Part shown: piece by piece, positions 41,289 to 47,961 of the stretch
How positions within the stretch are numbered: position 1 is the first letter of the stretch
How the letters are laid out: the number at the start of each line of letters is the position of its first letter
From: a virus
Lineage: Duplodnaviria; Caudoviricetes
Length of the DNA: 47,961 bases
Direction: 5' to 3' (one strand)
IMG/VR virus record: IMGVR_UViG_3300042868_005023
Span: 1 to 47,961 of that record
Translations under genes and position numbers: made by a program
The notes under the pieces: generated by a model
Databases searched by the model: none
What the model was told of the DNA's origin: nothing
What the model saw: the letters and a program-made list of their open reading frames with translations, nothing else

Positions 41289-43984
41289 TATTTAGGCTCT
41301 TTTATTTGAGGTTGTTGCTGTTGTGCTGCCAATCGTTCCTGTAAAGCAGCTTGCCTTTCAGCTAAGAACTTAGCATGACTTTGAGAAGTCTCATCTTTAT
41401 ATAGTTCATGTTGTTGCGATGCAACATTCTGTTTACGTTGATGCTCACGGTCACTTTCTTTCATAGCCACATCTACACCTAACTTGGCAGATAACTCATC
41501 TTTTTTACCATTTATCTGAGCTTGTGTTTCTTGTATTCTAGCTGCAAGTTTTGCGCCATCCGCTTCTTGTTGAGAATCAATACGATGACGTTCTAACTGC
41601 ATCTTAGCCATCATTGTTGCGCCAGCAGCTTCTTGTTGTGATCCGATCTTCTCACGTTCAACTTGTATCTTCATTGCCTCAAGTTGTGCATCAGACTGAT
41701 CTTTAGCAATCTTACGTTGTAAATCTTGAGCTTTAATCTGCAGTTCTTGTTGTTGCATTTGAACTAACGGATCTTGCTGCTGCTGTTGATTTTGTTGTTG
41801 CTCTGCTTCTTGTTGATGTTGTTGTAACAACTGTTGAGAAGCTTGTGCTGCCATTTGTGATATCTGAACTTCCATCTCTTCTGGAATAGTTATCTGGTTA
41901 TCACTGTCATCTTCACCATATTTAGGTATTTCCATACCCATTGATTGCTCTATTTGTTTACGATACTCAAATCCTAAATGCTCATTAATATGAGCAGACA
42001 TTGCCGCTTGCATAGTTTGAGCAGCTTGTGGATTTGCAGTCAACGATTGTTGCAATACAGCTTGTATTTTAGGATCCTGCATAGCAGCTGTGTGTACAGC
42101 AATGTGAGCTTGATGATCTTGATATAAAAACGCTTTAACAGGCTTTCCTTTAAGAACATTTTGGTTCTCAGTAATAGGGTCCCTAGGTTTCATATCATCT
42201 TCCATAGGCACTAACTTTTGATAATTAGGTATACCTAACACTTCAAGCATCTGTCTATGTAGTTCTGGTAAATTGTATAACTGAGGTGCGCCTTGAGCTA
42301 ATTGTAACGCTGCTTGGTATTGCACGACCTTTTGGGCCATAGTTGCGGCATTTGGGTCAGAGACAGGTAAAACATACACCAAATCATAGTCATCTTTCTT
42401 AGCTCGTCTGCTACCTTCTGTAGGCTCATAGTCATATTCATCTGGCGTATAATCCCTAATAATGTCACGTAATAAAATAAATTCTTGTTTCATCGAGTAA
42501 TGGATACGCGATTGAACCGCGCTCATTACTTTAAGCGTTCTCTCGAGTACAGCGAGTGTTGTACCAACAGGACTATTAGAGGACATATCAGAGACAGCAA
42601 GATCAGCAGCCCCAGCAAAACGGCGACCTTCATCAACGATTCCTTGTAGTAGAGTTAATAATGTTTGACTTGGTTCTTTGTACGGAAGTGGCATGAAGTT
42701 ATCACGCATCACACCAGACGGCACGTCTACGTCTCTCCATTCACCTGGAGCAATAGGTGTATCATCACCCTTAACTCTTAGTCCTCTAGTTTTAAAGCCC
42801 CCTGGAAGATTACTGAGAGTACCCGCATCAACCAACTGACGAAGGATTGAAGTACTAGACTTGGCGAAAGCACCAATAAGATGAATAAGCCCAAAACAAT
42901 AAAAGCCAAAACCCGGCACATAGCCATAGTGAACGAAGTGATTGCGTTTTTTACATGATTCATCATCTGGCTCCCAATTACGTCTAATAGATAAAATTGT
43001 TCCTGTGCCTTTTTCAATAGTAACTACATAAGGTAAAGCTATATCGGTTGGCTCACCATCTCGACCCTCATGCTCAAACCCTTCTAGATTTAATTCCACA
43101 TGCATTTCTAAGAGTTTAAATCTATCATCTGTAGAGGCTCTAAACCCTAATTTTTCAGCAATAGTTTTCTCTATATCATCCATCGTGTTAGAGGGTTCAC
43201 CAAGATCTACATCACAATAAAAACCTTCATATTGCAATCTACGAACTTCGTTAGCTGTTTTACGCATCACATGAGTTACACGTTCAGCAGACTCAAGACT
43301 AGAGGCACCGTACGGTACAACTACATCTTCAGCAGGTACGTACATAGATACCTGACGACCTAGGGCTAGGTCATAGTAAACCTTTTTAAACGCGTTACCA
43401 GCCAATCCTAGGCCCCATAACATGCGCTCATGCTCAGGACGATACTCAGTCATAACATCAGTAAGCTGATAGTTCATATCGTCTTGTACACGTTGTGCTG
43501 CGTCTTTTTTCTCTTGTGTTTCTTTACCAATTATTTGTGTTTTAACTGGTCCTGATGCAGGAAATGTAGCTGTAATAGTCTCGGCTTGAAATTTAATAAC
43601 AGCTTCAGTTAGCAACGGATGGTATACACCACAGGCTCCTTCCCAAGGTTCTGCACGTTCTTCAATCTTTAGTCCTAACAGCTCTAACCCATCGACGTAT
43701 GTTTGAACCCAGTCTTTACGCGCACTAACATCACTTTCAAACTCATCTAATAATTCAGAAGCTAAGGATTGTAAAGTGTAATCACTTATACGTTCAGCTA
43801 AGTTTTCAGAAAACCTATCCATACCTTCTTCTTTTTCTATCCTTAAAATATCCTCACCATCGGCTCGAATAGTTACCGCTTCAGGGTCTTCAATTTCAAT
43901 CTCTAACGGCATTAAATTGGGATCTTCTTCTAACCCTATAGCATCAAGCCCCATAGGTGCTGGGTTTACAGATTTTGAAATCAT
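41288..43984 (-). CDS. Portal protein with long Gln-rich C-terminal barrel
   Basis: PWEGACGVYHPLL.EA..KFQA, G.AFKKVY, LRQLVDAGTLSNLPGGFK; follows terminase. Confidence 0.88.
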   Translation of the reverse strand: MISKSVNPAPMGLDAIGLEEDPNLMPLEIEIEDPEAVTIRADGEDILRIEKEEGMDRFSENLAERISDYTLQSLASELLDEFESDVSARKDWVQTYVDGLELLGLKIEERAEPWEGACGVYHPLLTEAVIKFQAETITATFPASGPVKTQIIGKETQEKKDAAQRVQDDMNYQLTDVMTEYRPEHERMLWGLGLAGNAFKKVYYDLALGRQVSMYVPAEDVVVPYGASSLESAERVTHVMRKTANEVRRLQYEGFYCDVDLGEPSNTMDDIEKTIAEKLGFRASTDDRFKLLEMHVELNLEGFEHEGRDGEPTDIALPYVVTIEKGTGTILSIRRNWEPDDESCKKRNHFVHYGYVPGFGFYCFGLIHLIGAFAKSSTSILRQLVDAGTLSNLPGGFKTRGLRVKGDDTPIAPGEWRDVDVPSGVMRDNFMPLPYKEPSQTLLTLLQGIVDEGRRFAGAADLAVSDMSSNSPVGTTLAVLERTLKVMSAVQSRIHYSMKQEFILLRDIIRDYTPDEYDYEPTEGSRRAKKDDYDLVYVLPVSDPNAATMAQKVVQYQAALQLAQGAPQLYNLPELHRQMLEVLGIPNYQKLVPMEDDMKPRDPITENQNVLKGKPVKAFLYQDHQAHIAVHTAAMQDPKIQAVLQQSLTANPQAAQTMQAAMSAHINEHLGFEYRKQIEQSMGMEIPKYGEDDSDNQITIPEEMEVQISQMAAQASQQLLQQHQQEAEQQQNQQQQQDPLVQMQQQELQIKAQDLQRKIAKDQSDAQLEAMKIQVEREKIGSQQEAAGATMMAKMQLERHRIDSQQEADGAKLAARIQETQAQINGKKDELSAKLGVDVAMKESDREHQRKQNVASQQHELYKDETSQSHAKFLAERQAALQERLAAQQQQPQIKEPK

Positions 43985-43997
43985 ATTTGTTCCTTAG

Positions 43998-44096
43998 TTA
44001 ACATGGGGTTATAAGTGTCAGAATATAACAAGCGGTTAGTATTAGTGCCACACACCCTAAAAATTCTATCAGCATTTGTTTAAATTCAGTATTCAT
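43998..44096 (-). CDS. Possible 32-aa membrane peptide between terminase and portal
   Basis: Manual translation MNTEFKQMLIEFLGCVALILTACYILTLITPC; ATG abuts terminase stop. Confidence 0.45.
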   Translation of the reverse strand: MNTEFKQMLIEFLGCVALILTACYILTLITPC

Positions 44097-45629
44097 TTAA
44101 TAATACGCTGCGCGTTTTCCTACAAAGTAATCATTCATATCGTCAGAGTCTAAGCGCAAACTTAAGAATCCACCTTTCCTAAATCGAGAGATTCCCATTG
44201 ATACACAGTCAACATAGTCGTCATGTTGACCCGCAGGGAATGATGCAACCTCTTCTATAACCTCATCTGCCCAGCGTGTGTTTGGAACCCATACTCGACC
44301 TGATGCAAATACATCGGCTACGGCATTTAGTCTAGATATCTTATCATTACCACGAGTAGGAGTAAATTCTGATACTGGAACACCCATCGCTCGTAATTCA
44401 TAAATTAAAGGGGCGCCAGACGCTTTTTTCTCTATGATCAACGCATCGGGTTGCCAGTACTTATACTCGTCCAGTACCTCTTCCTTGAGCCTAGGGAACT
44501 CCATACGGTCACGTTTAGCATCTAACATGATGATATTGGCTTGTGTGACCCCATTCTCATCAGCATGATAGAACACTCCCCACGTAATACACGCCGAATA
44601 GTCTGCTCTATTGTGTTTTTCAAACGCAGTATCCCACGTTTGTAGTATAAAATCAGTAGGTGGTGGGGACTCATTCTCCCATTTCTTCCACCATTCTCGT
44701 TTTACTATAGCTCCTTCTTCAGAAGTTGGGTTTTGTTGGTACTGAGCTTGCCATTTTGAGACATCAATGGCATTTCTGGTAGCTTCAAGCTCTTCTATTG
44801 TCCAAAACTCAGGCCATAAGGGCTTACCAGAAGGTAAAATAGCAGGTAACTCTACTACACGCCACTTATCTCCGCCCCCATTTAACTCTTTTTTTCTAAC
44901 TTGCCCCGTAAGATCTCGGAGGGACCATCGGGTCTGGACTATAATTATAGCCCCACCCGGCTGTAACCGCTGTCTAGGTCCGGATGTGTACCACTCATAG
45001 ACCTTATCGTAGATCTCAGGGTTACTTGCAGCTATTGCAGCCTCTTGTTCTGAGTGTGGATCATCAATGATCAAAATATCCGCACCAATACCAGTTACAG
45101 CACCACCGACACCAATCGCAAAGTAGTTACCTCCCGCGCTGGTGTTCCATCTACCCGCAGCTTTGGAGTCAGTTTGTAGTTCCACACCTGGGAACACTTC
45201 CTGATAGAGCGGATTAGCTACTAAGTTACGGACCTTACGACCAAAACCTACAGCAAGTTCGGCTGTGTGCGAGCACTGTATGATTTTCTTGTCAGGGTAC
45301 TTACCAAGAAACCACGCAGGTAATAAATAAGACCCAAACTCGGACTTAGTGTGCCGAGGACCAAGGTTAATAATTAGCCGCTTATTCTTGCCGTTAACTA
45401 CTTTCTCAAATTCTTGTGCCATTCTGGCATGGTGGCGACCATAAATAAATCCAGGCCATACTTTCTGCACAAAGGCTAAGAAATTCTCCTGCGCAAATTC
45501 GCGCTCATGGCGTCTGCGTAACTCATCAATCAACTCAATAAGCTTTGCTCTTTCACTAACAGGTGCAGCTGCAAGTGCTGCAGTAAGAAAGTCTTCGTCT
45601 AAAGAGATATCACCTAAATGATCACTCAT
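44097..45629 (-). CDS. terL: Terminase large subunit
   Basis: Walker A variant PRHTKSE, Walker B ILIIDDP, QYQQNP, WDTA, HDDYVD. Confidence 0.95.
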   Translation of the reverse strand: MSDHLGDISLDEDFLTAALAAAPVSERAKLIELIDELRRRHEREFAQENFLAFVQKVWPGFIYGRHHARMAQEFEKVVNGKNKRLIINLGPRHTKSEFGSYLLPAWFLGKYPDKKIIQCSHTAELAVGFGRKVRNLVANPLYQEVFPGVELQTDSKAAGRWNTSAGGNYFAIGVGGAVTGIGADILIIDDPHSEQEAAIAASNPEIYDKVYEWYTSGPRQRLQPGGAIIIVQTRWSLRDLTGQVRKKELNGGGDKWRVVELPAILPSGKPLWPEFWTIEELEATRNAIDVSKWQAQYQQNPTSEEGAIVKREWWKKWENESPPPTDFILQTWDTAFEKHNRADYSACITWGVFYHADENGVTQANIIMLDAKRDRMEFPRLKEEVLDEYKYWQPDALIIEKKASGAPLIYELRAMGVPVSEFTPTRGNDKISRLNAVADVFASGRVWVPNTRWADEVIEEVASFPAGQHDDYVDCVSMGISRFRKGGFLSLRLDSDDMNDYFVGKRAAYY

Positions 45630-46105
45630 CCGTCCTCATCCGCGTACTCATCTTCCTCATTTTCTTCATCTTCAGCGTATCCACGCAACTCTTCGTCCGT
45701 AAGTTCTTCTACTACTTGTTTTTCAGTCTTAGAATAGTTCTTTAATAGGCCCCTGAGTTCAGTCTCTAGATCAGATGTCGGTTTATCAGCCACAGATACT
45801 TCTATCTTAGTTGTAAACAAGCCAATCTCGGTGACACGGCCAAGTGTCTCTAATGCTTTGAGCGCGGTTTTTTCGTCTTCGGATTCATCTGCCAATCTAA
45901 AAAGTTTTGCCAAAATGAATTGGCGCATTTTATTGGTAGAGTTTATAAGCTGATAGTCGTAGCGCGAAAGTAAAGACTCTAGTGCCGCTTGTTCTGTAAG
46001 TAATGGTGGGTTATTTCCATGAGGGTCGCTCATGTATATTACTTTTGACTTATCTTTCTCGTCAAAAATAACGTCAATTGCTTCGGAATCGATGTGTCTT
46101 GCCAT
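45626..46105 (-). CDS. Putative terminase small subunit
   Basis: Overlaps terL start; LKALE.LG....GLF helix; acidic tail. Confidence 0.55.
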   Translation of the reverse strand: MARHIDSEAIDVIFDEKDKSKVIYMSDPHGNNPPLLTEQAALESLLSRYDYQLINSTNKMRQFILAKLFRLADESEDEKTALKALETLGRVTEIGLFTTKIEVSVADKPTSDLETELRGLLKNYSKTEKQVVEELTDEELRGYAEDEENEEDEYADEDG

Positions 46106-46139
46106 TCTGTCTACAGGTTAGGTTGTAGTTTGTTTAGCA

Positions 46140-46168
46140 TTTGTAACATGGTTTTTTAAAATTTACAA
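46140..46168 (-). promoter_or_regulatory. Possible late promoter TTGTAA-N17-TACAAA
   Basis: Weak consensus upstream of first late gene; also forms a TTGTAA/TTACAA inverted repeat. Confidence 0.3.
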
Positions 46169-46469
46169 TATAAAATTTTTTTGTCTATGAAATATAAAGA
46201 CATAGGGGGGTTTGGCTGTGCGCAATATATTTTTTGAAAAATGGAATTTGACTGTGCGTAATAGTAGTGAATAGAGCCGGGCTCGTTGCTATAAAATTGG
46301 GGGCATAGGGGTCTAGATCATAAGCCAGGAGCATATAGAAATAAACAGATAGTCCTAAAACGAAAACATACTCAAACCTATAGCTAATAAACCGATAGCA
46401 AACCGATGATAGCGATAAGCTATCATATACAGACTTATAACCCTATATCATAGGCTATAAGCAAAAAGC

Positions 46470-46588
46470 TATATAAATCAATTACTTAGATTTGCGATAT
46501 AAGACACGATACTAATAAAGTAATACTACGGCTTGCCTTATATCATTATCGTTTAGCTATGGGCATTTTTAAGTTATTGATTTATATA
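46470..46588. promoter_or_regulatory. Two inverted IHF-consensus sites within a 19-bp inverted repeat (18/19)
   Basis: AATCAATTACTTA at 46476-46488 (+) and AATCAATAACTTA at 46570-46582 (-) match WATCAANNNNTTR. Confidence 0.6.
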
Positions 46589-46746
46589 GGGTTATTGGAT
46601 AATTGGCTAATGTATACGGTTTATATAGTACCAAATCAGTACTATATGCTATGTTATAACATTGTAAATGTGTAGATATAAGTCTATAAGCGTGGGCAAA
46701 ATAACCTTATATCTTTATATCTATTGATTAATTGATTAAATACTTG

Positions 46747-46774
46747 TTGACATAATGTTAATTAATGATAGAAT
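46747..46774 (+). promoter_or_regulatory. Sigma70 early promoter TTGACA-N16-TAGAAT with extended TG
   Basis: Perfect -35, near-consensus -10, upstream of first + strand gene. Confidence 0.75.
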
Positions 46775-46827
46775 GATCATAAGTTAATCAATAACTGATT
46801 AACATTAATCTACAAGGTAGAATAACA

Positions 46828-47520
46828 ATGAGCACTCAAACAATACAAGGCAATTATTCACTAACTAAAGTTTCAAGCAATTCTAAAACTGGTGCAATAC
46901 CAGTTACAGTTTCAAACCGTAAAACTTGCCCGCTATCTTGCCCATTGTTAAAAAATGGATGCTATGCCGAAGGATACTATACCCAATTGCATTGGGATAA
47001 AGTCACCAATGGCGAGAGAGGCACAAACTGGAACGAGTTTATAACCGCTATAAAATCATTACCTAAGCGTATATTATGGCGTCACAATGTTAGCGGTGAC
47101 TTAGTAGGCGATAATAATATTATCAATACACAAGCTTTAAAAGACTTGCTACAAGCTAATAAAAACAAAAGCGGTTTTACGTATACACACTATCCGATGG
47201 ATAACGATAATAATATCCAAGCGGTTAAAATGGCTAATAATGGCGGTTTTACTGTTAATTTATCGGCTAATAACATTGAACAAGCTGATCAGTATAAAAG
47301 TCTTAATATTGCTCCAGTTGTTGTTGTTGTTGCTGAAGATTGCGACAAGGTAAGCTATACAGAAAAAGGTAATAAGATTGTAGTATGTCCAGCACAAACA
47401 AGCGATAAGGTGACGTGTTCCAATTGCGCTTTATGTCAAAAAAATGATCGTGATTATATTATCGGCTTTCGTGTACATGGTACATATACAAAAAAAGCAA
47501 AACTATCATTGGTAATCTAA
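46828..47520 (+). CDS. GP88-like Cys-rich phage protein (possible Fe-S / radical-SAM-like fold)
   Basis: N.KTG.IPV, TCP.SCP....CYA, WRHN.SGD, FTYTH, VCPAQ, TC..C.LC. Confidence 0.65.
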   Translation: MSTQTIQGNYSLTKVSSNSKTGAIPVTVSNRKTCPLSCPLLKNGCYAEGYYTQLHWDKVTNGERGTNWNEFITAIKSLPKRILWRHNVSGDLVGDNNIINTQALKDLLQANKNKSGFTYTHYPMDNDNNIQAVKMANNGGFTVNLSANNIEQADQYKSLNIAPVVVVVAEDCDKVSYTEKGNKIVVCPAQTSDKVTCSNCALCQKNDRDYIIGFRVHGTYTKKAKLSLVI

Positions 47521-47537
47521 CAATAGGACTATATAAA

Positions 47538-47768
47538 ATGAAAGTAATAACAGGTAAAAAGATAATTGGTAACATGTTAGATAATAAGATTGTCAAGCTA
47601 AGAAAAAATAGAATAGGCGGAATATCAACTAAAACGTGGGAAGACTTATGCGACATATTATTATCATACGGATATAAATCAATAGAATATTACCCTATTA
47701 ACAATGGTTATATTGAAATACGATTGGATGGTGATTTTATATTATCCAGTAAGGTTGTATTGTATTGA
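47538..47768 (+). CDS. Hypothetical protein
   Basis: AGGA SD; followed by terminator. Confidence 0.65.
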   Translation: MKVITGKKIIGNMLDNKIVKLRKNRIGGISTKTWEDLCDILLSYGYKSIEYYPINNGYIEIRLDGDFILSSKVVLY

Positions 47769-47787
47769 TAAATTAAAACTTAATTGA

Positions 47788-47816
47788 AAAGGACTATTTA
47801 TATAGTCCTTTTTTTT
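47788..47816 (+). terminator. Rho-independent terminator
   Basis: AAAGGACTAT-TTAT-ATAGTCCTTT followed by T run. Confidence 0.85.
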
Positions 47817-47821
47817 GTTTT

Positions 47822-47961
47822 GCGATTGTGTAGAGCGATTGTGTAGAGCGATTGTGTAGAGCGATTGTGTAGAGCGATTGTGTAGAGCGATTGTGTAGAG
47901 CGATTGTGTAGAGCGATTGTGTAGAGCGATTGTGTAGAGCGATTGTGTAGAGCGATTGTGT
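47822..47961. repeat. Perfect 13-bp tandem array (GCGATTGTGTAGA) of about 10.8 copies, truncated by window end
   Basis: Direct reading. Confidence 0.95.

Larger units (their letters stand above)
1..47961. mobile_element. Tailed dsDNA phage genome segment (Caudoviricetes, podovirus-like)
   Basis: Terminase, portal, scaffold, capsid, adaptor, tail, lysin and large ejection-type genes in canonical order; no host housekeeping genes and no clear tape-measure/sheath module. Confidence 0.95.

Noticed and set aside
47822-47961. CRISPR array
   Set aside because: Units are 13 bp, directly abutting, with no spacers and no cas genes
1-47961. Alternative genetic code, tRNA genes, integrase or prophage boundaries
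   Set aside because: Genes tile densely under the standard code using all three stops; no cloverleaf, integrase or host genes recognised by eye (tRNAscan not run)

Overview
About 48 kb of an AT-rich tailed dsDNA bacteriophage genome with podovirus-like gene content, probably a partial or permuted contig. No DNA polymerase, primase/helicase, integrase, reverse transcriptase, tRNA or CRISPR array was recognised, and both ends stop inside repeats. Positions 1-4985 (+) hold a translationally coupled string of small genes, including a mosaic gene family, dUTPase, a TraR/DksA-like protein, DUF3310 and an atypical ThyX. Positions 5032-46105 (-) are one long morphogenesis region: terminase, portal, GroES, an Acb2/Tad1-like protein, scaffold, capsid, two HNH genes, basic low-complexity proteins, head-tail and tail proteins, three 7-bladed RCC1 propellers with a sulfotransferase-glycosyltransferase and a methyltransferase among them, lysis genes, and ejection proteins including a 2303-aa polyvalent protein. 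A roughly 720-bp control region with IHF-like sites and nested inverted repeats precedes a divergent early operon (+), and the window ends in a 13-bp tandem array. Best leads: (1) a variable RCC1 display cassette with a split N-terminal anchor and its own modifying enzymes; (2) a short GG motif shared by unrelated putative internal virion proteins; (3) a double -1 slippery site that would create another copy of that motif; (4) a compact pseudoknotted RNA leader upstream of a capsid-associated gene; (5) a combinatorial gene array with fixed DNA hinges. All family assignments come from motif recognition by eye; no searches were run.
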